Shown: positions 1 through 9,488, counted from the first letter of the stretch. The stretch: DNA of 63,264 bases from a virus (IMGVR_UViG_3300033076_000316:1-63264), one strand, 5' to 3'. The notes: generated by a model from the sequence alone, not told the origin. A program made the numbers and translations.

Positions 1-1338
1 CTGGATGAACTCTTTTTGCTCATCTAGCTTCTTCATTGAGTCCAACATTTTGAAGTAACGGTCCATCTCTTGTGACACGTTTGGGTCTGCGTACCCACCA
101 TTCAATTCTTCTGAAAACCGCATAAACGCTACTCTCTGGGCCTGCATCTCTAGTAGTGCGGTGTTCATTGCTTTCAACTGCTCAGGTGTCTTTACCTCGA
201 TTGGAAGGTTAAATCCACAAGTGCTTGCTGGCTTAAATGCTGGACAATTTGCCGCTACAAAACAAGTATCACACTGTCGTAGTGACGCCGTATTTGATTG
301 TAGTATTGGCACATCTTTTAGTACATCGACACCGTTTTCATTCTCTACAACGGTCTTCATTTGGTACCCAAAAACAGGCATGGAAGTCATCTCCATAGGG
401 TCTCTCTGGGTTACTTCTGCTCGTTCGACTTTCCGCGTATCGACAGCACTGTTATTAGAACCATACCCACCCATTTCCATCAAACCTGTATACAGTGTGT
501 CGTCACTGTTATCAGCTATCTGGGGCTTCTTTTTGCTTTCCATTGTCTTCTCTAACTGTAAATACGACCAAATTGCTACTTTAGTTGCCTCTAGTGTGTC
601 GTCTTCTAGGAACTTTTTGAAATCTAATCCCGCCCGCTCCACTACCATCTTGTATCTTGGTCGTGCTTGGGCTTTCATTTTTTTTGGGTATCGTACCAAC
701 TTCATACCATCCCATACAATAGTTTCTCCTCTACGCATTGGAGATACCCAGCTTAGGGTACTCGCTGTCGCAAATGGAATCTGTCGTAGGTTGTCTGGCT
801 TGGCTACAGCGAGGCCATGGAACTGTACTGGATACTTTGCCACTAGACTACGTGTAATGACGCTCAGGCTCGTCACAGCGTCTATGGCATCCCCTGGAAT
901 GGCGATGTTCTGATACTCTGCTGCCCACTTCTGTAATACGGCTGTCGTATACGTCTCGTGCCATACGACCCACATTTTCGGGTCATTCTCAAACGCCGCC
1001 CGCTGCTGAACAATCCATGGCAATCCCATTACTTGTGAATCGAACTCTACCCAACCCTCAATACGGTCGTAGTTTAGTGCGATAAACTCTTCGTAATCGG
1101 CGGCATACTCTTCCAGCTCTCGACGACTTAGGTTGGCCTTGTCTGCTTGTGCCGCTCCACTATCTACCCATACCTTCAGGTGGGGCTCAAATTGTTCGCC
1201 AATCAAATACGCTTTAGTCTTTGGCAACCCACGCTTGCGTAATCCCCAATACGAAATCATTACGTTAGTTACGCCGTTACGTTCCAGCAGCGTTCTGTTA
1301 GAGGGAATCTCTGTTCCCATGAAAATTAACTTACTCAA
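1..1338 (-). CDS. TGT/DpdA-like (tRNA-guanine transglycosylase fold) protein with C-terminal Cys4 cluster; 3'-partial, not in the ORF track
   Basis: Hand translation from TTG 1338 (or ATG 1320) is open to the window edge. Motifs ISYWGLRK, VWVDSGAA, VEFDSQ, QFHGLA, FATASTLSW resemble TGT-fold motifs; CDTCFVAANC...STC near the C-terminus. Confidence 0.55.
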   Translation of the reverse strand, partial: MSKLIFMGTEIPSNRTLLERNGVTNVMISYWGLRKRGLPKTKAYLIGEQFEPHLKVWVDSGAAQADKANLSRRELEEYAADYEEFIALNYDRIEGWVEFDSQVMGLPWIVQQRAAFENDPKMWVVWHETYTTAVLQKWAAEYQNIAIPGDAIDAVTSLSVITRSLVAKYPVQFHGLAVAKPDNLRQIPFATASTLSWVSPMRRGETIVWDGMKLVRYPKKMKAQARPRYKMVVERAGLDFKKFLEDDTLEATKVAIWSYLQLEKTMESKKKPQIADNSDDTLYTGLMEMGGYGSNNSAVDTRKVERAEVTQRDPMEMTSMPVFGYQMKTVVENENGVDVLKDVPILQSNTASLRQCDTCFVAANCPAFKPASTCGFNLPIEVKTPEQLKAMNTALLEMQAQRVAFMRFSEELNGGYADPNVSQEMDRYFKMLDSMKKLDEQKEFIQ

Positions 1339-1816
1339 AATTAGTAACTTCTGCTCTATTTAGACGAGCATCCTGAGTACGCAATGCGTTCTGCTTGGTG
1401 ATGGCGTCTTCAATCTCTGTCCATGAACGACGGGACTTAGGTGCGTCTGGCCTAAACTCTGGCCTAGTGTATGACGGAACTCCAAACATTACTGATGGGA
1501 TGCCCTGCTCAAATGCGTATGCCCACATCTCTGGGTTGTTGGTTACGAATAAATCAATCGCACCTTTGGCCCGTACGTGATTTACCTGTCGTTCGCCTAG
1601 CTTCTCTCCAACCAATCCGATGGATGAGTTAACAATGTGGTCAAAATCCACTACTTTATTTACATCTAACCATTGCTGCGTCTCTTCTGCGGACACTGGC
1701 GACATCAGGGTAATCTGGTTCCAGGCGCTGAGTGACCCTACCATAATAATTCCAGTAGAGATTGGCTCGTCTTTTGGACCTCTGAGTACGCCGTCTAATT
1801 CAACTAATACATGCAT
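1331..1816 (-). CDS. HAD-superfamily-like protein (degenerate motif I)
   Basis: N-terminal VLVELDGVL resembles HAD DxDGT/V with the first Asp replaced by Glu. Confidence 0.5.
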   Translation of the reverse strand: MHVLVELDGVLRGPKDEPISTGIIMVGSLSAWNQITLMSPVSAEETQQWLDVNKVVDFDHIVNSSIGLVGEKLGERQVNHVRAKGAIDLFVTNNPEMWAYAFEQGIPSVMFGVPSYTRPEFRPDAPKSRRSWTEIEDAITKQNALRTQDARLNRAEVTNFE

Positions 1817-1825
1817 GTGTTAATC

Positions 1826-1924
1826 CTAGTATTTATCTGTCGGACAATCACACTTACATTGCTCGTCTGTGCATAATCCAAATTCTAATAAATGCCCACA
1901 AATTGGGCAGTAACTAATTGCCAC
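1826..1924 (-). CDS. 32-aa Cys-rich micro-protein (MAISYCPICGHLLEFGLCTDEQCKCDCPTDKY)
   Basis: GTG start overlapping the upstream stop; fills the intergenic gap; 6 Cys and 1 His. Confidence 0.55.
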   Translation of the reverse strand: MAISYCPICGHLLEFGLCTDEQCKCDCPTDKY

Positions 1925-2810
1925 GCTGTTGCCTATACAACGCTGCTCGTCTAATCAACGTGCTTGCATCAGGGAATTCAACACCGTGATTCTTTACTGA
2001 CTGCTTCATGTATTCACGGATAGTACGCAACGAATCAATTGCTCCACTACCTTTACCTGCTTGCCAACGATAATTGTTGAAATCAGCATACCCTTCGCCG
2101 CCAGGAGAGAACGCTACGGAACGGTTCATGTGAATCTCGTTATACAACGCGTTACCTTGAGCTCCCGCAATCGTCAAACGGTTTTCCGCGTTACGTCGGA
2201 GGGCGTCGTTGTGGGATGACTGAATATCCTGTAGGGCAGTGTTAAATCTAATGGAAATCTGCTCTGCCATAGACGCATCATTCTTGGCAATCTGTTCCCA
2301 CTCAGGGTTGTGCGGTGCGGTCTGGTTGCGGTCTGGGTGAACGGTCCACTCGTTGTGCTTCAAATCATACGCTGCGTAGGGCTTAATCGTGCGAATATCT
2401 GTCGCTGAAGGATTGACATAAAACGTTAGCTCGTACCCGTTCCAGTTTTCTGTCTGCAACTGTAGGTTCTCTCGGAACTCTTCGTTTAGTTGCTCTGCAA
2501 TTTCTTTGTCTGTCAGTCCTGCGAACTCTGGGTTTGCCTTACGGAACTGAATAAAATCTACACCAACCAAACAATCCAAATCGCCTGGCTGCCGTGCAGC
2601 ACTCCACTGATACGAAACTCCACTACCTGCCAGCCATGGGTGAGCCCATAAATCAGCGTGGCGGTAGTGGAGATTCAAGAAATCGTACAAAATGTGGAGA
2701 ATACCTTGGCGTACCCACGAGCGCAATTCACGACCGTCAAATAGGTTAGGGTCTAACGTATCTGCTGGCGTACTGAAATACGACGTTGGGTTATCACCAA
2801 AATTAGTCAT
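1914..2810 (-). CDS. DNA polymerase beta-superfamily nucleotidyltransferase
   Basis: hGS...DxD signature: LAGSGVSYQW...PGDLDCLV, with a third acidic residue in YELTFYV. Confidence 0.7.
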   Translation of the reverse strand: MTNFGDNPTSYFSTPADTLDPNLFDGRELRSWVRQGILHILYDFLNLHYRHADLWAHPWLAGSGVSYQWSAARQPGDLDCLVGVDFIQFRKANPEFAGLTDKEIAEQLNEEFRENLQLQTENWNGYELTFYVNPSATDIRTIKPYAAYDLKHNEWTVHPDRNQTAPHNPEWEQIAKNDASMAEQISIRFNTALQDIQSSHNDALRRNAENRLTIAGAQGNALYNEIHMNRSVAFSPGGEGYADFNNYRWQAGKGSGAIDSLRTIREYMKQSVKNHGVEFPDASTLIRRAALYRQQRGN

Positions 2811-2819
2811 GAGACTAGT

Positions 2820-3113
2820 TTATTCTGCTGGTGTAACACTTTCTGGCTTAATACCGCGCTCCTTGAGCGCATCCTTAATCTTGTCAGCAGTACTCTCTGC
2901 CTTAGGTGCTAGACCAGACAGGACTGCACGTGCAATACGGTCAGCCAACAGCTGGTTGTCGAACTCCTGGACAATCTGCTTTGCTGCCTCATACACATCA
3001 AAATTGTTTGCCTTACGTGCAGCTTCTGGAGCTTCCTTTGGCAAATCTGTGTACGAGGTCAGTGTACCGTCAGTGTTTACGGTAATTAGAAAATAGGTTT
3101 CTACATTACTCAT
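2820..3113 (-). CDS. hypothetical protein
   Basis: ORF track; TAATG coupling with the upstream small ORF. Confidence 0.75.
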   Translation of the reverse strand: MSNVETYFLITVNTDGTLTSYTDLPKEAPEAARKANNFDVYEAAKQIVQEFDNQLLADRIARAVLSGLAPKAESTADKIKDALKERGIKPESVTPAE

Positions 3114-3265
3114 TAGTATCCCTTTCGGACAATCTTCTTCAGCTTCTTTACTTCACGCTCTAGCTTTTCAAGGCGCTCCCATTGCTGAGCTTCACGCATG
3201 TTATCCATGGCCTTTAGCTTTGCTTCAAAAATCTTTTCTTCGTGCTTACGCTTATTAATCCACAT
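3113..3265 (-). CDS. 50-aa coiled-coil hypothetical protein
   Basis: Hand translation MWINKRKHEEKIFEAK...IVRKGY; stop overlaps the next ATG (TAATG). Confidence 0.65.
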   Translation of the reverse strand: MWINKRKHEEKIFEAKLKAMDNMREAQQWERLEKLEREVKKLKKIVRKGY

Positions 3266-3267
3266 AT

Positions 3268-3840
3268 TTAGTACATTCCTAGGATACGGCGCTTACGCTG
3301 GACAACTTCTCCGTGGTAAGGGCAAAAATTACAGGTATAAATCTTTGGACCATCGAGGTGCTCAGGCTTTGGCAGTCCCAGCTCTCCACGTTCCTTGGCT
3401 GTGTCTGGTAGCAGACGCTTTGATGGCTTCTGGTAATCGTCACAGTCATTCTTTGGCTGGTTGTGCTTAATCCAGCACTCCATGGCGTCCTCTGCGAACT
3501 GCATCTTGGACTCATAGAAACCCTTGTCACCATCTGCGGTTAGGACATCCAGTCCACGTGCGCCCTTAGACAACTGGTCCATAATCTCTTGGCGCTTCTC
3601 GCCATTGGCCCAGGTTTCTACTGGCAGCTTGAACAAACGGCCCTTGTGAGGCTCACCTGATGGGAACTTGTGCTTCTCTAGAGAAATCTCTAGGAGGTAA
3701 TCACGGTCCGATGGACCGTCGTAATCTGGCAACTCCTCTAGTGTAGTGCAGACTAGGCAAACCAGCAAACGAATAACTGGGCCCTCGACTGGCTTTGAAC
3801 CAATCAGCGGCTTACCGTTAGGGCTTACTAAACCACTCAC
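3268..3840 (-). CDS. hypothetical protein with CxxC/His metal-binding motifs
   Basis: CLVC, ECWIKH...C, CNFCPYH. Confidence 0.75.
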   Translation of the reverse strand: MSGLVSPNGKPLIGSKPVEGPVIRLLVCLVCTTLEELPDYDGPSDRDYLLEISLEKHKFPSGEPHKGRLFKLPVETWANGEKRQEIMDQLSKGARGLDVLTADGDKGFYESKMQFAEDAMECWIKHNQPKNDCDDYQKPSKRLLPDTAKERGELGLPKPEHLDGPKIYTCNFCPYHGEVVQRKRRILGMY

Positions 3841-3980
3841 TTGCTGTTTGCCTTACGCTCTGCTTCCATCTCAGCTTCTGCTTTTAGATGTGCAATAGAA
3901 CCAGCCATTGGTCGTGGATTAGACTCATCATTAGAACGGGTCCAAATGTAGGTTCCTAGGTGTGGTACTTCTTTTGCCAT
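3837..3980 (-). CDS. 47-aa hypothetical protein
   Basis: AAGGAG RBS, ATG 3980, GTGA overlap with the next gene. Confidence 0.6.
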   Translation of the reverse strand: MAKEVPHLGTYIWTRSNDESNPRPMAGSIAHLKAEAEMEAERKANSK

Positions 3981-4015
3981 GTTGTACTCCTTAAGTATTA
4001 ATCTCATCCTAATAC

Positions 4016-4038
4016 AAAACCCTCGCTTTCGCGAGGGC
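4016..4038 (-). terminator. intrinsic terminator
   Basis: Minus strand CCCTCGC-GAAA-GCGAGGG followed by TTTT, directly after the stop at 4056. Confidence 0.85.
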
Positions 4039-4055
4039 TATGTACTTAATACTAT

Positions 4056-4484
4056 TTAGTATCCACGGAACTGGTTCAGCATAGGGTTGTGACCACCGAT
4101 TTGACGGCCAGCCTTTTCAGCCTCATTGAATACTCCTGCTTTAGCAGCCTTATTCATTGTTCGGTTAACAATACGAGTGACCTTCTTAGGGCTGAGTCCT
4201 GCTTTTACTGCAGCGTTCTTATCTCGACGCAGCTGTTCTGATGGGTGCACATTGAACGCGTTTTCTTTTGGAGAAAAAGGATTTCCTGGGGTGGAGTAGT
4301 TCATGCTGGCACGAGATGCGCCCTGCCATCCGCCACCTGCTACTCCTGCATCGAGCCTAGTTTGAACACCGTAACTTCTAGTAGCTCGTTTCAGGTCCTG
4401 AACTGCTGCACGACGGTGACTAATGTTAGTAAGGATTCCCTTACCTGTACCTGCATTACCTGCTCGGTTGTTGAATAGTGGCAT
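4056..4484 (-). CDS. basic low-complexity hypothetical protein (starts MPLFN)
   Basis: Likely start ATG 4484; the longer ORF-track start overlaps the upstream gene. Confidence 0.7.
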   Translation of the reverse strand: MPLFNNRAGNAGTGKGILTNISHRRAAVQDLKRATRSYGVQTRLDAGVAGGGWQGASRASMNYSTPGNPFSPKENAFNVHPSEQLRRDKNAAVKAGLSPKKVTRIVNRTMNKAAKAGVFNEAEKAGRQIGGHNPMLNQFRGY

Positions 4485-4497
4485 AACTACTTCTCTC

Positions 4498-4842
4498 TTA
4501 CTTAAAACTGGCTGGTGGACGGCCAGTACGACGAGCGCCTGTCTTGTAGACAGGTGTATCCCAGCGCTTCTGTCGGTCAGCCTCTTTGGATTTTGATGCC
4601 TGGCGTTCGGCGTTCTGTTCGCCAACACGCTTAGTTTCCCTATTGGCGGCTAGTCTATTGCTGAGGTCCTTAGCAATCGCTTCTAGAGGACTCATTCGAG
4701 TAGTTTTTGGTCCTGAAGGACCTTGTGGAAGAGAACTGGCTGGTTTGTAACCGCTGCCTGGAGGTGCCGAGAGCAATGTGTGAGGGTTCGTCTCTACTAC
4801 ATTGCCCTTGGCATTGCGCTTGCGCATATTAAATAGCGGCAT
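4498..4842 (-). CDS. basic low-complexity hypothetical protein (starts MPLFN)
   Basis: ORF track; N-terminus shared with the neighbouring gene. Confidence 0.7.
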   Translation of the reverse strand: MPLFNMRKRNAKGNVVETNPHTLLSAPPGSGYKPASSLPQGPSGPKTTRMSPLEAIAKDLSNRLAANRETKRVGEQNAERQASKSKEADRQKRWDTPVYKTGARRTGRPPASFK

Positions 4843-4844
4843 GA

Positions 4845-5057
4845 CTACTTCCCTGGGTTGACCATTGCTGACTCAGGGGCTTCTGTGGTTACGAAACCAT
4901 AACCATAGAATGGGTGCAGTAGCTGACGATTCTCTAGAGTTTCCTCGTGACCCTGACCGTGGACTACCTCGGTGTCTGGGCGTACCTTGCGGTACTTGCC
5001 ATCAGTTGCGCCTGCGTTTAGGCTGTCGTTCATTGAACGAGATGAGTTAACTGCCAT
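4845..5057 (-). CDS. hypothetical protein
   Basis: Likely start ATG 5057 (MAVNSS) after an AAGGA RBS. Confidence 0.65.
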   Translation of the reverse strand: MAVNSSRSMNDSLNAGATDGKYRKVRPDTEVVHGQGHEETLENRQLLHPFYGYGFVTTEAPESAMVNPGK

Positions 5058-5073
5058 TGTGGCGTCCTTTACT

Positions 5074-5406
5074 TTAACAGTTGTTCTCAGGGAGAGAATC
5101 AACAAAATCTTTGTGATGCTGCTGTAGTGTGCCGAGTACTGCTGCGTTAGCGATTTGGAATGACGCTGTACCACCATCTGGGCTTGCACCATTCTTGTAA
5201 ACTAGTTTAGCAGCGTTCTGTGCCTCTAGTGTGGCATCCTGATGTGCTTGTGCCGCACCAGAACCGTACCCTACTTCGTATGCTGTGTTCAATGATTTGT
5301 TTGAACGGGCAACCATCTTGTGGACCGTGTCTACGATGTCTTGACCGTACACACCGCTGTTAACGTGGTCTAGTAGGTGTTCATTGAACTCTGAAATAGC
5401 GGACAT
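5074..5406 (-). CDS. hypothetical protein
   Basis: ORF track; TAATG coupling. Confidence 0.75.
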   Translation of the reverse strand: MSAISEFNEHLLDHVNSGVYGQDIVDTVHKMVARSNKSLNTAYEVGYGSGAAQAHQDATLEAQNAAKLVYKNGASPDGGTASFQIANAAVLGTLQQHHKDFVDSLPENNC

Positions 5407-7337
5407 TACTGACCTCTTGCTGCGTCGAACGCGCCCTTTGAACGGCCAGTACTCTTAGGTAGCTTCAGTCCCGCTTCCTTTAGGTATGCCTTTGGGTTCT
5501 CTGCAATCTTAGTTTCAGCATATCGACGTGATGACGTTACTGGGTTGTCTGCAGGTAGAGTATTGGCTGCTCTCCAGTGCAGGGCTGCTGCACGTCCTGC
5601 GTCACCCTGCTGTAGAGCGTCGTTGATGTACTTCATGTCCGATTCAGTAACAGCTGCCTTGCCCCTGGTTGGAGCCTTTCTCGCATTAGTCTGAGCGATT
5701 TCTAGGCTGCTGAAGTTTGGTCGCTCTGAGTTAGTGACTCCAGAACCTGGACTTACTTCTTTGTCGTCTAACATGTCTGCGGCAACAGGCTTTACTCTGA
5801 GCGCCCGCTCATTCCACGCTGCGTTGTAACGTGCGGTTCTTTCTGGGGACTGAGTTGGTGAGGCGTCCTGTGTTCCAGTAGTTGATGAAGGAGTACGAGC
5901 ATCCATAATTGCTTTTGCTGCTGCAGCTCTGGCTGCCTTTGACCTTAGCTTTGGAGGATTTGACGGCTTAGGGCTGTTAGTTCCATAAGGAACCATCGTT
6001 GTTTCCTTTGGAGCTTCTGGAACTGGGCCACGACGAGTTGCGCCTACTGGAGTAACGTCTACACCGTTTACTACACGGGCCTCTTGTCCGTCTGCCTCAC
6101 GTGAAGTAATAGCCTTTCCTTCTGAGCCTGCGAATACAGAACCCTTAGTTGCTGGCAACTGAGGACCCATAGGAGTACCTGTACGTACACGGCCTGGGCC
6201 CTTGGCTGCCCAGCCGATTGCATCTTCGTGCTTCTTGGCCTGTGCTAGAGCAAACTGCATAACAGTTTCACGTCCGCGGTTATCTGAACCTGGAAATAGT
6301 CTAGCGGTGATGCTACGGCCTGCTGGAGCTTCGTAAACCTTGGTGTGTGCGTCTTCACGTGCTACACGACCTGTGTCTAGAACAGATGCGCCACCTGTGC
6401 GGCCGTATTCCGCAGTGATGTTATTCGCTACTTCACCAACAGACTGTCCTGTGCCCTGGTAATTGTTGTCAAACGTAGGAATGTCCTTGGCACCAGGCAT
6501 ACCAGCAATGTGGTTAGTTAGGTCGTGAAGAAGTTTTCCTGTGTGCCCAAGTAGCTTAGACGCCATGTCTAGGTGGTCGTGAGCTGTCTGTGGTGTACGT
6601 CCCTCAGCTTGCTCAGGAGTCATGTGCTCCCCAGGAATCTCCTCACCCTCTGCGTAGGTTCTACGTAGAATAGTGTCATCTGGATGAGCAGACTTGTATG
6701 GGTAGTTCTCCTGATAACCTGAGCTGTTCTTGCCTACAGATACTCGGTCACCCTGATTGTGGGCTCCCTGTGCTGACATGATGTGGCTGTGTACGGCACG
6801 AATAAGAGATTCAGCGTTCTGGAAATCTCCACCAAACTGGCCACCAGCTGCTTCACGGTGAGCGTTAATCTGGCGCTGCATGTGGTTTGCTAGGTTGGTC
6901 ATTGACTGGAATGGGTCAGCCTGACCGTTTGAACCAACTTCATCGGTGTATTCGTCACCTAGAGCCTTGGCCGCCTTAGCCTTCTTAGCACCCTTAGCAG
7001 ATACCTGAGGAACCTTAATTCCTACACCCTGGTCTTTTAGAGTGCTGTTGATTCGTGCTACAGGGTTTCTACGCTCTGCGTCTGCAATTCCGTTTTCATC
7101 AAACGACAGTGTACCGTAAACAGTGCCTGGCTTTACGAGCTCCTGGTTATCGCTGACCTTCACTACTCCAGTAGATAGGCCCTTCTTGGCTTTGGCGATA
7201 GTAGACTTGCGGGCATTCTGACGACGGAAACCACGTGGGTTAGACGTTCCAGCGGCCTTAGGCTTTGCGCCCAGTCCGCTTAGAATAGCGTTAGTTTCTT
7301 CTGGTGTGTTAGGACCATCTTCTAGTGGAGCAGCCAT
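5406..7337 (-). CDS. large Ala/Gly/Lys-rich hypothetical protein (candidate internal virion protein)
   Basis: 643-aa ORF with TAATG coupling at both ends; function is inferred only. Confidence 0.75.
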   Translation of the reverse strand: MAAPLEDGPNTPEETNAILSGLGAKPKAAGTSNPRGFRRQNARKSTIAKAKKGLSTGVVKVSDNQELVKPGTVYGTLSFDENGIADAERRNPVARINSTLKDQGVGIKVPQVSAKGAKKAKAAKALGDEYTDEVGSNGQADPFQSMTNLANHMQRQINAHREAAGGQFGGDFQNAESLIRAVHSHIMSAQGAHNQGDRVSVGKNSSGYQENYPYKSAHPDDTILRRTYAEGEEIPGEHMTPEQAEGRTPQTAHDHLDMASKLLGHTGKLLHDLTNHIAGMPGAKDIPTFDNNYQGTGQSVGEVANNITAEYGRTGGASVLDTGRVAREDAHTKVYEAPAGRSITARLFPGSDNRGRETVMQFALAQAKKHEDAIGWAAKGPGRVRTGTPMGPQLPATKGSVFAGSEGKAITSREADGQEARVVNGVDVTPVGATRRGPVPEAPKETTMVPYGTNSPKPSNPPKLRSKAARAAAAKAIMDARTPSSTTGTQDASPTQSPERTARYNAAWNERALRVKPVAADMLDDKEVSPGSGVTNSERPNFSSLEIAQTNARKAPTRGKAAVTESDMKYINDALQQGDAGRAAALHWRAANTLPADNPVTSSRRYAETKIAENPKAYLKEAGLKLPKSTGRSKGAFDAARGQ

Positions 7338-7540
7338 TATGCCATCTTTCCTTTAATACGCTGTGCACGTCGTGAGTTACCGCATGGTGGGCATAGGCCC
7401 TTGATGCTGTACATGTATTCAACTGGGTTCATGATTACACCGCACTGTGGGCAGAGCTGATTAGTCTTTCCCATCGCTGCGTTCTGAGCAATCTTGAACG
7501 CCTGTAGCTCTAGTGTTTCTCCACCATCGCCATCAAACAT
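7337..7540 (-). CDS. zinc-ribbon hypothetical protein
   Basis: CPQC...CPPC. Confidence 0.7.
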   Translation of the reverse strand: MFDGDGGETLELQAFKIAQNAAMGKTNQLCPQCGVIMNPVEYMYSIKGLCPPCGNSRRAQRIKGKMA

Positions 7541-7860
7541 TACTTTGCCTTCTTTGTAGTAGCGTTGACCTTAGTTAGGTCAGCGGTTACAACTTTCTTT
7601 GCGGCTGGCTTGGCTGCTGGCTTAGCAGCTGGCTTCTTAGCGGCAGGCTTTGGAGCAGGAATAACTGTTGGGTTAGATAGAGTACGTGTCTCGGTACGTG
7701 AGACTACGCGAACCTGGTGGTCCTTTACCTTCTTCTGTAGCTTTCCAGCAGCAGCGTGTGCCGCAGCAGTTGATGAGCCCTTAAGCTGCATCATGTCGCG
7801 GAAATCGCTGTCCTTTGGACCCTTAGCCTGTACGTATAGGTACTTGTTTGCCTCTGCCAT
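7540..7860 (-). CDS. basic protein with histone H1/HupB-like PAAK(K) repeats
   Basis: KPAAKKPAAKPAAKPAAKK. Confidence 0.7.
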   Translation of the reverse strand: MAEANKYLYVQAKGPKDSDFRDMMQLKGSSTAAAHAAAGKLQKKVKDHQVRVVSRTETRTLSNPTVIPAPKPAAKKPAAKPAAKPAAKKVVTADLTKVNATTKKAK

Positions 7861-9488
7861 TACTTCTTCGCTCTCTGAGTTGCTGAGATGACGCCCTTTG
7901 CGCCAATTACTCGTCGTAGTTCAATAGGGACTCGGCGTCCAGCACCGATGTGGTCAGCTGCCTGGTCAATTAGCTTGTCCATTGCACCTGGAAGGAGTCG
8001 CTCTGCTACTGGAGTCTTTCCAGTACGTACTGGGTTCTTTGCTCGTTCCTGTGCTGCAGCTCGGTTACCTTGAATCTTTGCAGTAACCGCTTTGTTGGCA
8101 ACTGGAACTGTTACGCTCTTGTTCTTACCTCGACCCGACGCCTTGCCCTTGCCTGATGCCTCGAGAACTTCTCCTTCAGGAATAGACGGGTTTGGTCCAG
8201 CTGCGGCTGCTTTCTTTCCTTCGGCAGTCTTTTCTAGTGGAAGACCTACTTCAGAACGCTTAATAGAAACTTTCTTACCGCCACGGCTCATCTTAGAAAG
8301 CATTGAGCTCATTGCGCTGACACTCTTTGACTGCTTTCCAAACTTGGTGCGCAACATCTCCAAGTTTTCCTTGGTTGCCTTAATTGGCTTGCGCTTCCCA
8401 TCGTCGCCAACTGGGCCCCATACGTGTCCAGCAGGTGCGTAGGCTTCTTCTGGGTTTGCCACAGGAAGGTTACCCTGAGCATCACGCTCAACAGGATTGC
8501 CGTTCTTGTCCTTGTCCTGGTAGATTGCTCGCTCCTCGTCAAGGTGACGGTTAGAGTAGTCATTCATGTCAGAGGTTTTCATCGCCGTTTTAGGAGTCTG
8601 AAGCTTACCAATACGCTTACCTAGAGCAGCTACCTCTACGTCATGGACTGGGCTTCCAATGCCGTACTCCGAAAGGCCTCCGCTGTTGACCTTATTGTGT
8701 ACGTTCTTAAGGATTCCGTACACCTTCTGAAGTACTGGGTGTAGCTCTCCCATGTCGCCCTTGAATTTGTTAGAGACCACACCTGTTGCAGGGTTTGCTT
8801 CCTTCATTGTGCGAAGAAGTGACTTGGCCTCTACTAGGTTATTGTCAATGTCCCTGTGCTCACGGAGAACAGAAAGGCCTTTAGACTTTTCCAAGAAGTC
8901 TGCTCGGTCATTCAAGTTACGAACAGCAGGGTGGCTTGGGTCATGCTCTGCTACAGAATTAGCTGCTGCACGATAGGCGCCTGCACGATGGTCTAGGGTA
9001 GAGTCTAGCCCGTCAATGTGATTACGCAACGCTCCGTGTAGTGCCATTAACTGATTCCATGCTTCGTGAGCAGTAATCTTTGACTTAGAGTCAGGGGCTT
9101 CTACGTTAGTTTGTAGGCCACGACTTGCGGATGCGTTTAGCTCCGAGTCAACTCTTGAGGCTACTTTACGAGCGTCTGCCTTCTTTTGTAGAATAGCGTT
9201 TGTTTCTGGAGTTGCCTGAGCTGGCTTACGAGGTGCTTTGCCCACAGGAACTTCTCCAGGAGCAACATCTTTGTTGGCTACCTGTACTGGGTCTGGCTTA
9301 GGAGTAAAGCGTTCTTTAGCTGATGTAGCTACGTTGTCTTCATCGTAGGCAGGAAGCTCTCCACTACCAGTGATGCCTGTTAGGTCTCCACCAGTTACTT
9401 TAGGCTTATCCATGTCAGTAAGTTCAGATGACGCACCGCGGTGCTTAATCTGTTCTTCTTGGAAGATGCCAAAACGTCTGCCACTCAT
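7860..9488 (-). CDS. large Lys/Ala-rich hypothetical protein (candidate internal virion protein)
   Basis: 542-aa ORF with TAATG coupling. Confidence 0.75.
   Translation of the reverse strand: MSGRRFGIFQEEQIKHRGASSELTDMDKPKVTGGDLTGITGSGELPAYDEDNVATSAKERFTPKPDPVQVANKDVAPGEVPVGKAPRKPAQATPETNAILQKKADARKVASRVDSELNASASRGLQTNVEAPDSKSKITAHEAWNQLMALHGALRNHIDGLDSTLDHRAGAYRAAANSVAEHDPSHPAVRNLNDRADFLEKSKGLSVLREHRDIDNNLVEAKSLLRTMKEANPATGVVSNKFKGDMGELHPVLQKVYGILKNVHNKVNSGGLSEYGIGSPVHDVEVAALGKRIGKLQTPKTAMKTSDMNDYSNRHLDEERAIYQDKDKNGNPVERDAQGNLPVANPEEAYAPAGHVWGPVGDDGKRKPIKATKENLEMLRTKFGKQSKSVSAMSSMLSKMSRGGKKVSIKRSEVGLPLEKTAEGKKAAAAGPNPSIPEGEVLEASGKGKASGRGKNKSVTVPVANKAVTAKIQGNRAAAQERAKNPVRTGKTPVAERLLPGAMDKLIDQAADHIGAGRRVPIELRRVIGAKGVISATQRAKK

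Noticed and set aside
161-913. 250-aa plus-strand ORF and the many other plus-strand ORFs in the track
   Set aside because: They are antisense shadows of motif-bearing minus-strand genes and have no recognisable motifs of their own.
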